A stretch of DNA of 64,000 bases. Source: Candidatus Micrarchaeota archaeon CG10_big_fil_rev_8_21_14_0_10_45_29. GTDB taxonomy: Archaea; Micrarchaeota; Micrarchaeia; Anstonellales; Anstonellaceae. Positions 46,356 through 55,847 of the stretch are shown piece by piece. Positions within the stretch are counted from its first letter, which is position 1, and every line of letters starts with the position of its first letter. Location of the stretch: the NCBI GenBank assembly GCA_002778455.1, contig PFCD01000001.1, positions 53,445-117,444 on the forward strand, written 5' to 3'. Below the pieces are notes generated by a model. It saw only the letters and a list, made by a program, of their open reading frames with translations, did no database searches and was not told the origin of the DNA. The position numbers were made by a program, and so were the translations under genes.

Positions 46356-48563
46356 ATGCTTATGGGCGTGGAAAAAAAGCTATTCGCATCATTTGCGCTG
46401 CTGCAGTTTCTGCTCTTAATTTCCAACGCGGCCTTTTCTCAGGAAATAACTCCGCTTCTCGTGGAATCCGCGCAATACTCATTTATTGATTCACATACGA
46501 TAAGCTCCTCCTCAGGCGGGATGAGCGAGCTTCGCATAAACCTCTCAATTCCTGAGGAAATGCTTATTTCCGATTCCTCCCACTATTATACAATAGAGAG
46601 AAATTTGGAAGGCAACCGCTACCTTATAGTGGAGGCAAAAAACCCTCCGTCCCCGTTTATTTATTCGCTTAACGCGACAATACTCGCAGAAGAGCAGGTT
46701 CTCACCTCGCTTGAGGCAGACTGGCAGGTGGGCCCCAGCATGCAAAAATACGCCCGCGCCGCAGGCGCTGTAAAATCCGACGACCCGTTTTTTGCAAGCC
46801 TTGCAAAAAACATCACCAAGGGCGCGCATAGCGACTTTGAGAAAATCTCAGCTTTGGCAGAATGGGTAAACGCATATGTCGAATACGACCTCTCATATAT
46901 TGACAAGAATGCGGGGGTATATGAAATACTTGAATCAAAGCGGGGGGTTTGCGGGGATTATTCCCTTCTTTTCATAACCCTTGCGCGCTCGCTTGGCTAT
47001 CCCGCGCGCTTTGCAAACGGCTATGCGTATTCGGATGAGCAGCACATCTGGATAGGGCACGCGTGGGCAGAGGTTTATCTTGGAAAATGGGTGGGAGTTG
47101 ACCCTACATGGCTTGAGGTGGGGCACATAGACGCAACTCACATCACATTCTCGCGCACGGCAACAAACGAGTATAGCACCGCTGAAGTATCTGCCAAAGT
47201 ATCTGCGCAAGGGGCGCAACTTTTATGGGATAAATCCGGCGAGGTGAATTTGCCTGCAGAAAACCTTTTTCCAAAAAAAATAAACATGCGCGAGAAAATA
47301 TCCGGCTTCGAGCTTGAGCCATCCGCATACAATTTGCAGAAAGGGGATAAATTCATCGCCTACCTAAAATACCCTGCAGGAGATTATAGGCTTTTGCGCC
47401 TCTCCCTTCTGCCATGCAAAACAGAAGGCGAGCCCATAGTGCGCCTTGAGAGGGAAATCACCACTATCACAACCTCCCCCGCCCAGCCCTCTTATGCGAT
47501 ATGGGAAGGGGAGATATTGCAAAACATTGATTCAAACACAATATACAAATGCCCCCTCTCCCTTGGCGCGGATTATTTGCAGCCCTCCGCCATTTACCTT
47601 AACATAACAGAGAAGCAGGAGGGGAGGCTTTTGCTTGATGCAGGAACATACAAATCCCTCATACGCCCCGGCGAGATGCAGAAAATAAGCGCCACCTTAA
47701 GCCCATTCGGAGCAGGGGAGCGGGTGTTTGTAATTGAGAAAAACATGAAAATAAGCGCATTGGCAGACGCTTCCGGCTCCGTTGAATTTGAATTTGAAGC
47801 CGGCGAGAGCGGCACTCATACCGCATACGTATTTTCAAGAAATTCAAATCTTGCCACCCTTACCTACGAAGTTGATGCCGGCGCAGGAGCAGGCGAGATT
47901 GAAATAATCCCCCAAGCCCCGCTCTTTGAAGGCGAGGGCGGCAGCGTGCTTATACGCGCGCCCGATAGCTATGGCGCATCCTCCCTAAAATGGAGCTGGG
48001 ACGGGCAGAGCGGAACCTCCCAATTCTTCGGCTCAACCGCGCAGGCAAATTTCACCCCTTCCACTTACGGCACCCACCTCTTTCGCGCGGTTTTGCTTGA
48101 TAAGGGAAATGGGGAAATATACAGGCAAAGCATCCCTCTTGAGGCGATGCAAAAATCTTATGCAACAGTTGAGGGCATCCGGGTGATAAATTACAACAAC
48201 GAGAAAACCCTTGTGCTTTTGGCAGTATCTGCAACAGGCCAAATAGAAAAACTCTGGCTTGAGATAAACGGGAGCGAATTTGAGCTTATTGCCGGAACCG
48301 AAAACGAATTAATTTTGCCACTGGCAGAGCATCAGGGAACCATCTACTGGGAAGGCAAATACGGCATGAAAGGCAGCCTCCCCGTTATTGTGCGCGCGCC
48401 GGGCAAAGACGACAAGCTTGTAATAGAGCCGGGGCTTATGCAAGCGCAGGAGAAATACCCTCTCGCCCAGCTTTTCATGCAATCCATTGCCGCGCTCATA
48501 ATTCTTACAATAGCATATTTTCTTGCAAGAAAAAAATTCGGGCACAAATCCCATTTTGAATAG
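46356..48563 (+). CDS. Large secreted/membrane-anchored transglutaminase-like (Cys-His-Asp) domain protein
   Basis: It has a signal peptide, 'MLMGVEKKLFASFALLQFLLLISNAAFSQE'. The transglutaminase-like core is 'RGVCGDYSLLFITLARSLGYPARFANGY...HAWAEVYLGKWVGVDPT'. The C-terminus has a TM helix. Confidence 0.75.
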   Translation: MLMGVEKKLFASFALLQFLLLISNAAFSQEITPLLVESAQYSFIDSHTISSSSGGMSELRINLSIPEEMLISDSSHYYTIERNLEGNRYLIVEAKNPPSPFIYSLNATILAEEQVLTSLEADWQVGPSMQKYARAAGAVKSDDPFFASLAKNITKGAHSDFEKISALAEWVNAYVEYDLSYIDKNAGVYEILESKRGVCGDYSLLFITLARSLGYPARFANGYAYSDEQHIWIGHAWAEVYLGKWVGVDPTWLEVGHIDATHITFSRTATNEYSTAEVSAKVSAQGAQLLWDKSGEVNLPAENLFPKKINMREKISGFELEPSAYNLQKGDKFIAYLKYPAGDYRLLRLSLLPCKTEGEPIVRLEREITTITTSPAQPSYAIWEGEILQNIDSNTIYKCPLSLGADYLQPSAIYLNITEKQEGRLLLDAGTYKSLIRPGEMQKISATLSPFGAGERVFVIEKNMKISALADASGSVEFEFEAGESGTHTAYVFSRNSNLATLTYEVDAGAGAGEIEIIPQAPLFEGEGGSVLIRAPDSYGASSLKWSWDGQSGTSQFFGSTAQANFTPSTYGTHLFRAVLLDKGNGEIYRQSIPLEAMQKSYATVEGIRVINYNNEKTLVLLAVSATGQIEKLWLEINGSEFELIAGTENELILPLAEHQGTIYWEGKYGMKGSLPVIVRAPGKDDKLVIEPGLMQAQEKYPLAQLFMQSIAALIILTIAYFLARKKFGHKSHFE

Positions 48564-48573
48564 TTGTTTTTTC

Positions 48574-49434
48574 ATGGCAAACATAATATTTTTGGGAACC
48601 GGCGGGGGAAGATTAAACCTTTTGCGCCAAATCCGCCGCACAGGTGGCTTTTTAATAGAAATAAATTCGCTTCGCATCGCGGTGGACCCCGGCCCCGGCG
48701 CCCTCTCCTCCCTCAACGAGCTTCAGATAAATCCAATGTCAATAGACGCCATAATAATAACTCACAACCACATCGACCACATGCTTGAAGCCCCTCTTCT
48801 AATAGAAGCGATGTCCTCCTATATGCTAAAAAAAGGAGGCACTCTTATCAGCGCAAAATCGGTAGTAAAAGGGGACAAAAAAGGGGACAGGTGCATAACA
48901 TTATACCACCAAAGCAAGCTTTCGCAAAACATTATCTTTGGCGCCGGAACTGGCAAAAAAATATTAATAGAGAAAAAAGGCAAAAAAATTTCCTTTCGGT
49001 TAACAGGGGTAAAAGTAAAGCATGATGATGAGGACGGCTTCGGCTTTGTGCTGGAGGCGGGCGGAAAAAGAATAGGCTACACCTCAGATACCGAATACAT
49101 CCCTTCTTTCCATGATGCTGCTTATGAAAAAGCCGATTTGCTTATAGCAAATGTAATACGCCCAATAACAGATATTATTCCCGGGCACCTCTACGGAAAT
49201 GATGCAATAAAGCTTTTGCGCGCGGCAAAGCCAAAGCTTTGCATAATGACGCACCTTGGCTTGAAATTTTTGCAAAAAAGCCCTGAGCTTGAAGCCGCGC
49301 GAATAGAAAAAGAGAGCGCAGTGCGCACAATTGCCGCGCGCGATTTGTTTTCCTATAATTTAAATTCAGGCAAATGGGGCAAATACAAAAAAGAGAAAAC
49401 AAAAAAAGATTTGCAAAAAAAGCTAGCCGAATAG
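48574..49434 (+). CDS. Metallo-beta-lactamase fold hydrolase
   Basis: 'IIFLGTGGG' and 'IIITHNHIDHM' (the HxHxDH motif) are present. The start is taken at the ATG 48574, just after the upstream stop; the ORF track begins at 48523. Confidence 0.7.
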   Translation: MANIIFLGTGGGRLNLLRQIRRTGGFLIEINSLRIAVDPGPGALSSLNELQINPMSIDAIIITHNHIDHMLEAPLLIEAMSSYMLKKGGTLISAKSVVKGDKKGDRCITLYHQSKLSQNIIFGAGTGKKILIEKKGKKISFRLTGVKVKHDDEDGFGFVLEAGGKRIGYTSDTEYIPSFHDAAYEKADLLIANVIRPITDIIPGHLYGNDAIKLLRAAKPKLCIMTHLGLKFLQKSPELEAARIEKESAVRTIAARDLFSYNLNSGKWGKYKKEKTKKDLQKKLAE

Positions 49435-49489
49435 CATTTTATACCCTTGCCCCCCATTCTATTCATACAAACCCCAAAGCGGTATTTAT

Positions 49490-51901
49490 ATGGCAGAATT
49501 GGCACAACGGCTGGATTGCAAATGCGAGGAAAAATGGCAGGCTTTTTGGGAAAAAAACAAATGCTTCTCATTTGATGAAAAAGGCTCCTCTCTCCCAGTG
49601 TATTCAATAGACACCCCTCCCCCCTTCACATCCGGGGATTTGCATATGGGGCATGTTCTCTCCTACTCTTACTTTGACTTTGTTGCAAGATACAAAAGAA
49701 TGCAGGGGTATAACGTATATTTTCCCCAAGGGTGGGACTGCCAGGGCTTTCCAACAGAGGTGAGGGTGGAAAAAAAGCACGGGCGCAAACCCCCTGAGGA
49801 ATTTCGCGCCCTTTGCAGGCAATGGACAGAGCAATGCATTTCAAACATGAAATCCCAGATGCAGAGGATGGGCTTTTCCGCCGACTGGAAATACGAATAC
49901 CGCACAATGGACCCCTCATACCACAAAAAAGTGCAGCTCTCAATTCTTAAAATGCATTCAGCGGGGCAGGTGTACCGCGCAAAGCATCCCGTATTCTGGT
50001 GCCCGAATTGCCGCTCCGCGCTTGCAAAAACCGACACAGACGAGATGGAGCGAAGCTCAACTTTGCATGACATAAAATTCGAACTGCAAACTGGCAAGGG
50101 GGAGAAAAAAGAAGCAATAATTTCCACCACCCGCCCGGAATTGATGCACGCATGCGTTGCGGTGCTATTCAACCCCAAAGATTCTCGCTACACAAAATAT
50201 TCGGGCGCAAATGCAATTACCGCGCTAGGGAAAGTTGTGCCCCTTCTTCCTGACAATGATGTTGACATTGAATTTGGCAGCGGGCTTGTAATGGTGTGCA
50301 CATTCGGAGACAAGCAGGATGTTGTATGGATGTACCGCCACAAGCTTCCGCACATCGAGGCAATGGATGATGCAGGGCGCCTCAAAAATGCAGGCGAATT
50401 CGACGGGCTAAAATGCGAGGAGGCAAAGAAAAAAATCCTTGAAAAATTCAAAAACGAGGGAAAGCTTCTCTCTTCCAGGCCAATTGCACAGGCAGTAAAA
50501 GTGCATGATAGGTGCGGCAAAGCAGTAGAGCTTGCAAACTCATGGCAATGGTTTGCCAAAATAACCGATAAGCGCGCCCGGATAGTTGATGCGGCAAAAA
50601 AAATGAAATGGATTCCCTCTTTTGCAATTTCCCACCTTGAGAATTGGGCAGAATTTGTGGAATGGGACTGGGTAATTTCGCGCCAGAGGATATTCGGCAC
50701 CCCAATCCCTTTCTGGGTATGCGAGAAATGCTCAAAAATAATTCCTGCAAAAGAGGAAGAATTGCCGGCAAACCCCCCAACGCAAAAAAAGAAATGTTTA
50801 TGCGGAGGCGATGCAAAAGGGGAAACCTCAGTCTTTGACTGCTGGGTGGATTCCTCAATAACTCCGCTTATAATTTCCAAATGGGAGGAGGATGAGAAAT
50901 TTTTCAAGCGCACTTATCCCTCTTCGCTTCGCCCGCAGGGGGTGGAAATAATTCGCACCTGGGCATTTTACACAATTTACCGCTGCCTTGAATTGACGGG
51001 AAAGCCCCCCTTCACCGAGCTTCTGCTTAACGGAAACGTGCTTGCGCCTGACGGCAAAAAAATGTCAAAGTCTTTGGGAAACATAATAGCGCCAGATAAA
51101 TTAATTGATGAGAGCGGCGCGGATTCTGTGCGCATATGGGCCGCACTCTCGGGCGCAATGGCAAAGGACCGCCCGTTTTCCCATCAGGACATAAAATACG
51201 CAAAAAGCTTTCTTAACAAATTTTTAAATGCCGGAAAATTCGTGCAAAAAGCAAACGCGGGCTACACTTCTTCACAGGAGGATGCAAAAAATTTGCGCAC
51301 AATAGACAAATACTTCTTGCACAGGCTCAACGAGGTTATCACAACATGCGCATCTGCTTGGGAAAACTACGAATTTCACCACATAATAAAAGCATCGCAT
51401 GACTTTTTCTGGCACGAATTTTGCGACTATTATTTGGAATACGTGAAAAACCGCATCTATTCCAAAGAAGACAGCCCTGACAAGCGCGCGGCTCAATATT
51501 GTTTGCACACAATATATTCGCAAATAATTTTGCTTCTTGCGCCTATTACCCCTCACGCATGCGAAGAAGTTTGGCAAATTTTCAAAAATAAGGAAAATTC
51601 CTCGGTGCAACTTGAAAAATACCCGCAAGCATCCAAAATTTTCAGCCACCCCTCGACAGCGGGCGCCGGAAAGCTTCTTGAGACGCTTGTCTCGCAAATA
51701 AGGCAGGAGAAGGCAAACAAAAAATTATCCCTAAATTCTCCGGTGCAAAAGCTCTCCCTCGCCCTGCCAAAAGAGCAAATGCATTTCTTTGAAAAAGTGG
51801 AAGATGAATTAAAATCGGTGTGCAACATAGAAGAAATTGAGAAAAAAGACGGAAGCGAGCTTTCCATTAAACTTTCTATCCCAGAGCCCGACGCCGGCTA
51901 A
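49490..51901 (+). CDS. valS: Class Ia aminoacyl-tRNA synthetase, most likely valyl-tRNA synthetase (short form, 803 aa)
   Basis: 'IDTPPPFTSGDLHMGHVLSYSYFDFVARYKRMQGYNVYFPQGWDCQGFPTE' is the HIGH region, and 'GKKMSKSLGNII' is the KMSKS motif. The Val versus Ile assignment is tentative. Confidence 0.55.
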   Translation: MAELAQRLDCKCEEKWQAFWEKNKCFSFDEKGSSLPVYSIDTPPPFTSGDLHMGHVLSYSYFDFVARYKRMQGYNVYFPQGWDCQGFPTEVRVEKKHGRKPPEEFRALCRQWTEQCISNMKSQMQRMGFSADWKYEYRTMDPSYHKKVQLSILKMHSAGQVYRAKHPVFWCPNCRSALAKTDTDEMERSSTLHDIKFELQTGKGEKKEAIISTTRPELMHACVAVLFNPKDSRYTKYSGANAITALGKVVPLLPDNDVDIEFGSGLVMVCTFGDKQDVVWMYRHKLPHIEAMDDAGRLKNAGEFDGLKCEEAKKKILEKFKNEGKLLSSRPIAQAVKVHDRCGKAVELANSWQWFAKITDKRARIVDAAKKMKWIPSFAISHLENWAEFVEWDWVISRQRIFGTPIPFWVCEKCSKIIPAKEEELPANPPTQKKKCLCGGDAKGETSVFDCWVDSSITPLIISKWEEDEKFFKRTYPSSLRPQGVEIIRTWAFYTIYRCLELTGKPPFTELLLNGNVLAPDGKKMSKSLGNIIAPDKLIDESGADSVRIWAALSGAMAKDRPFSHQDIKYAKSFLNKFLNAGKFVQKANAGYTSSQEDAKNLRTIDKYFLHRLNEVITTCASAWENYEFHHIIKASHDFFWHEFCDYYLEYVKNRIYSKEDSPDKRAAQYCLHTIYSQIILLLAPITPHACEEVWQIFKNKENSSVQLEKYPQASKIFSHPSTAGAGKLLETLVSQIRQEKANKKLSLNSPVQKLSLALPKEQMHFFEKVEDELKSVCNIEEIEKKDGSELSIKLSIPEPDAG

Positions 51902-51946
51902 TATTTTATTTGAATTTTTTTATCAGGCAATTTAGTTTATTATGGT

Positions 51947-52215
51947 GTTTTCTATGAATGAAATTTTATTCCTAACTTCCAACAAGCACAAAATCGCAGA
52001 GGCACAAACCATTTTAACCAGAAACGCAGGGGGGAACCATCCCAAGTCCTCTGTCCCCCCTTCATTTCCTAGGTTACCTTCTGATTCCCCCCTAAACTTT
52101 AGAAAAGTGCCTCTCTTCCTCCCATTATTTTTCGGCAAGGTCGTTTTCTATGAATGAAATTTTATTCCTAACTTCCAACAAGCACAAAATAACCGAAGCA
52201 CAAACCATTTTAAAC
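51947..52215 (+). repeat. About 70-bp direct repeat duplicating the 5' end of the ITPase gene (51947..52018 and 52143..52215), flanking a 124-bp C-rich insert
   Basis: 'gttttctatgaatgaaattttattcctaacttccaacaagcacaaaat..gcacaaaccattttaa' is present twice, with about 5 mismatches. The upstream copy would encode 'MNEILFLTSNKHKIAEAQTIL' fused to unrelated sequence, so it is a pseudo-start. Confidence 0.8.
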
Positions 52216-52707
52216 AAGTATAATCTAAAGTTAGTAAGCTTCCCCGGCAAGGGAGAGGAGATACAATCCGACTCTTTGCAGGAAGTTGCAAGAATTTGCG
52301 CCAAAAGAGCATACCTGCGCATCAAAAAGCCCCTCTTTGTAGAGGATTCGGGGCTTTTCATAGACGCGCTAAACGGCTTTCCCGGGGCATATTCTGCATT
52401 TGCATTAGATAAAATCGGCTGCGAGGGAATTCTTCGCCTGCTGGGCCAAGAGCGTCTGAGAGGCGCCCGTTTCGAGTGCGCGGTTGCGTACGCGGATAAA
52501 AACGGCACCCGTATTTTCACGGGCGCCGTGTTGGGAAGCATCTCAACTCAAATATTTGAGGGAGAAGGCTTTGGTTATGACCCCATTTTCATTCCAGAGG
52601 GGCATAAGCAAACTTTTTCTAAAAATTTTGAAGTGAAAGAGAAAATTTCACACCGCTCCATTGCGCTTGAGAAGCTGGCAAAATTCCTAACAGAGAAAAA
52701 AGAGTGA
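52150..52707 (+). CDS. Non-canonical purine NTP pyrophosphatase (Ham1/RdgB/ITPase family)
   Basis: 'ILFLTSNKHKITEAQ', 'FVEDSGLFIDALNGFPGAYSA', 'FGYDPIFIPEGHKQTFS' and 'KEKISHRSIALEKL' are canonical ITPase motifs. Confidence 0.85.
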   Translation: MNEILFLTSNKHKITEAQTILNKYNLKLVSFPGKGEEIQSDSLQEVARICAKRAYLRIKKPLFVEDSGLFIDALNGFPGAYSAFALDKIGCEGILRLLGQERLRGARFECAVAYADKNGTRIFTGAVLGSISTQIFEGEGFGYDPIFIPEGHKQTFSKNFEVKEKISHRSIALEKLAKFLTEKKE

Positions 52708-52711
52708 AAAT

Positions 52712-53167
52712 ATGGCAAAACTGCATTCAAGAAAAAGAGGCACATCCGGCTCAAAGCGCCCGACGCTAAAGGTTGTGCCGGAGTGGGTGGAATACTCCCC
52801 CCACGAGGTTGAGGATTTGGTTGTAAAGCTCTCAAAACAGGGCAACAACGCAACCACAATAGGGCGCATCCTGCGGGACCAGCACGGCATTCCCCAGGTA
52901 AGGACAATATGCAACAAGCGCATCTCTGAAATTTTGGAAGAGAACGGCGTAAAAGTGCAATACCCGGACGATTTGCTTGCCCTCATAAAAAGGGCGGTTG
53001 GGATGATAAACCACCTCCAGAAGCACAAATCTGATGGCACAAACACAACAAAACTTCTTCATGTTGAATCCAAAATAAAAAGGCTTGCAAAATATTACAT
53101 AAGAAAGGGAACCCTTCCTGTAGATTGGAAGTATAAGCGCGAGAGTGCTGCCCTTATTGTGAAGTGA
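52712..53167 (+). CDS. rps15: 30S ribosomal protein S15 (uS15, archaeal/eukaryotic S13e type)
   Basis: 'MAKLHSRKRGTSGSKRP', 'PEWVEYSPHEVEDLVVKLSKQG', 'IGRILRDQHGIPQV' and 'LLALIKRAVGMINHLQKHKSD' match the family. Confidence 0.85.
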   Translation: MAKLHSRKRGTSGSKRPTLKVVPEWVEYSPHEVEDLVVKLSKQGNNATTIGRILRDQHGIPQVRTICNKRISEILEENGVKVQYPDDLLALIKRAVGMINHLQKHKSDGTNTTKLLHVESKIKRLAKYYIRKGTLPVDWKYKRESAALIVK

Positions 53168-53784
53168 TTATTATGGCTGATAACAAGCAACAACAACCAA
53201 AGAAAAAGGCGCGCGTGGTGGATAAGTGGAAGCTAAAAAACTGGTACACCATAAAGGCGCCTGAAATATTTGAAGGAAAAGAAATAGGGCAGGTTGTGGC
53301 TATTGAGGAGGATTCGCTCAAAAACCGCGTCATCCGCCTCGGGTTAGGCGAAGTCACCGGCTCATTCGGGCAGGGAGCCGCTTTCACCGCCGTCTCTTTT
53401 CGCATTACCGGAATTAGCGGCAAAACCGTTTCCACAAAATTCATAGGGCACGAACTCTCTCCCAGCTACATAAAGACGCTTTTGCGCCGCCGCCGCTCCA
53501 TAATATACAATGTGGAGAATGTGAAAACAACCGACGGGCACACCTTGCGCCTAAAATCGGTTGCAATAACCGCATTCAAAGTATCTGAGAATATCCGCCA
53601 TGATTTGCGCAAAGCAATAGGCGAGAATATCCGCACTTTGGGCGGAGAGCTTAACCTCTCGGCATTAAGCCAAGAGGTAATATTCGGCAAATTCTCCGCA
53701 AAAGTATTTGGGAAGATAAAAAACATTACTCCCATGAGGCGCCTTGAGATAAAAAAGAGCGAACTTGCCGAAAGCTTTGAATAA
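53164..53784 (+). CDS. rps3ae: 30S ribosomal protein S3Ae (eS1)
   Basis: 'KKKARVVDKWKLKNWYTIKAPEIFEGKEIGQVVA' and 'NRVIRLGLGEVTG' match S3Ae. There is an ATGA overlap with rps15, and a T-rich terminator lies downstream. Confidence 0.85.
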   Translation: MIIMADNKQQQPKKKARVVDKWKLKNWYTIKAPEIFEGKEIGQVVAIEEDSLKNRVIRLGLGEVTGSFGQGAAFTAVSFRITGISGKTVSTKFIGHELSPSYIKTLLRRRRSIIYNVENVKTTDGHTLRLKSVAITAFKVSENIRHDLRKAIGENIRTLGGELNLSALSQEVIFGKFSAKVFGKIKNITPMRRLEIKKSELAESFE

Positions 53785-53862
53785 CCGCTTTTTTTATTTT
53801 AATTTTCTTTCTATTTTTTTTAATAAGTTTTTTCTATTTTTTTATTCAGCGATGCCTATTTA
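53785..53862 (+). terminator. T-rich tract downstream of rps3ae (archaeal oligo-T terminator-like)
   Basis: 'ccgctttttttattttaattttctttctatttttttttaataagttttttctatttttttatt' contains several T6-T9 runs. Confidence 0.4.
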
Positions 53863-55290
53863 ATGCTTACAGCGGTATCTGCATTTATGCCGGCCCAAAA
53901 AAATAAGCAGGACGCTCAAAAAGGCATTTTAACAGAGGCTCAGAGTGCCTCCAAAACTGGAGGAAAGCTAAGCCAAATTATTCCGGTGCGCACCCTTCCG
54001 CAGAAAGCTTCGAAAAAAAAATATGATATAGAAAACATCCTTCCCTCCAGCGAGGCAACTTTGGGCGAATGCGAGGATGCAATAAAAAAAATAGCCCAAT
54101 CCCGTAATCTCTCATTTCTGATTCTTCTTGACACTTCGGGCAGCTTTTACAAATTTCTTGGAAAAATATCCAAAGCCGCCCGCAGTTTCAGCGGGCTTTC
54201 CCAAGAGAGCAGAAATATTGAGGGCGAGCTGGAGCTGTTTCCAAAAGACAAAGACAATGCCGACCTTGATGACAACATCTCCGCAATAGAGGAGGCGTGC
54301 GACCCCTCCTTAAAATTTCAAAATTATGTTTTTGTAACCGACGGGGGAAACCTAAATATCAGGCCCGGTTGGATTTATGAGCAGGCGCAGATTCTAAACA
54401 AGCAGGGAAAAGCAGTGCATTTTCTTTATGCAGAAGAGAACAAGTATGCAAAACGCAGCAGCAACCTCTGGGCAGTCATTTACTTATGCTATCTTACCGG
54501 CGGCTCAGCCGCGCCTCTTAACGGCGCAACAAATAACGACATTGCAAAAATGATAACTCAGGACGGAAAGGCGCAATATGAAAGCGCGGCGGACTTTGCC
54601 GCAAAAAACGGGCTTGCTGAAGGAAACTTGCTGCAAATTGCGACTTTGATAGATTCTGGCGAGCTTGAGCTCTTATACCGCGAGGGCCTGCTCCATGAGA
54701 TGCGGGACCTGCTGTTCGGCTCATATATCAATTTGGTCAGGCCAGAATATGTAGAATTTTTGTTTGAGAAGCAATTCTTAAGGTCAACCGACCGGTGGTA
54801 TCTGGGCGAACTCTTATACAACATATCCAATGCAGGAAATTCCGGAGTTGTGAAAGTTTTTGCCAGGAACGGTGCGAATATTGAATGGGAAGATGGCAGG
54901 GGGGATAGCGCCCTCAATAAAAAAGCCGCGGAAGGGAACCTGGGCATGGCAAAAACCCTTGTGAAGTGCGGTGCAAATATTCACCATAAAAACATGCATG
55001 GGGATGATGCCCTTCACATAGCCGCCATAAACGGGAATCTCGAGGTCCTGAAGTTCTTCCTTGATACTAAAAAGGCAGACATAAATGCAAAAGATAATAA
55101 CGGCAATACCATTCTTCATATAGCTGCCAAGGCGGACAATCTGGAGCTGGCGAAGATTGCCCATGAGCGCGGGGCAGGCATTAACATATTAAACGAGTTT
55201 AGTGCCACTCCTCTTGACTGGTGCAAGCGCGGCGGGCAGGTTGAGGCTTATCTGCGCTCAATAGGGGCAAAAAAGAACCTTCCCTATTGA
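53863..55290 (+). CDS. Ankyrin-repeat protein (at least 4 ANK repeats C-terminal, uncharacterised N-terminal domain)
   Basis: 'GDSALNKKAAEGNLGMAKTLVKCGANIHHKNMHGDDALHIAAINGNLEVLKFFLDTKKADINAKDNNGNTILHIAAKADNLELAKIAHERGAGIN' carries the classic ANK signature (G-TpLH-AA..G......LL..GA). Confidence 0.7.
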   Translation: MLTAVSAFMPAQKNKQDAQKGILTEAQSASKTGGKLSQIIPVRTLPQKASKKKYDIENILPSSEATLGECEDAIKKIAQSRNLSFLILLDTSGSFYKFLGKISKAARSFSGLSQESRNIEGELELFPKDKDNADLDDNISAIEEACDPSLKFQNYVFVTDGGNLNIRPGWIYEQAQILNKQGKAVHFLYAEENKYAKRSSNLWAVIYLCYLTGGSAAPLNGATNNDIAKMITQDGKAQYESAADFAAKNGLAEGNLLQIATLIDSGELELLYREGLLHEMRDLLFGSYINLVRPEYVEFLFEKQFLRSTDRWYLGELLYNISNAGNSGVVKVFARNGANIEWEDGRGDSALNKKAAEGNLGMAKTLVKCGANIHHKNMHGDDALHIAAINGNLEVLKFFLDTKKADINAKDNNGNTILHIAAKADNLELAKIAHERGAGINILNEFSATPLDWCKRGGQVEAYLRSIGAKKNLPY

Positions 55291-55318
55291 TTATCGGGCG
55301 CAAAATAATTCTTCCACT

Positions 55319-55834
55319 TTAATTCTTATGCCCGCACCTCGGGCACCTTTTCGCGTCAGGGCGAATATCTGAATTGCAAACAGGGCATTGCACCCACTGC
55401 TTTCGGCTTTTAAGAAGCCCCTCGCTTTGCCCGTTTTTTGCAAATTTATCAGGAACTTTATGGGTTTCTTCTTTTCCGGCATCCACGCCCTCGCCGCTAT
55501 CAGCGTTTCCTGCGCCTCCACCATGTGCAGGCATCCCTTGCATATTCTCTCCCATGCCTGAAAATCCTGCGCCATATCCGCCGCCATGGCTATTTTCCCC
55601 GCCTGCAAATCCTGCCCTTCCCTCATTATTTGAAAATTTGCCCTGCTCCTCGCCAACTCCCCTCGCCCCGCTAACGCTTCCAAAAGGCATTTTCCCCTTA
55701 TTCGCCTCCCCTCCCCGTCTCTCAAACCTAAACCCGCATTTGCCGCAGCTTTTCTGGGAAGTCAAATTCGAAGCCCCGCATTTGGGGCATTTTATGGTAG
55801 GGCTTTTCTCTTTTTTGTGAATATGGGTTTGCAT
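55319..55834 (-). CDS. Double zinc-ribbon protein with a central Gly/Ala-rich low-complexity region
   Basis: The N-terminus has 'CPKCGASNLTSQKSCGKCG'. The C-terminus has 'CPVCNSDIRPDAKRCPRCG'. The middle has 'GGGYGAGFSGMGENMQGMPAHGGGAGNADSGEG'. Confidence 0.5.
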   Translation of the reverse strand: MQTHIHKKEKSPTIKCPKCGASNLTSQKSCGKCGFRFERRGGEANKGKMPFGSVSGARGVGEEQGKFSNNEGRAGFAGGENSHGGGYGAGFSGMGENMQGMPAHGGGAGNADSGEGVDAGKEETHKVPDKFAKNGQSEGLLKSRKQWVQCPVCNSDIRPDAKRCPRCGHKN

Positions 55835-55847
55835 ACCTATTTTATTA

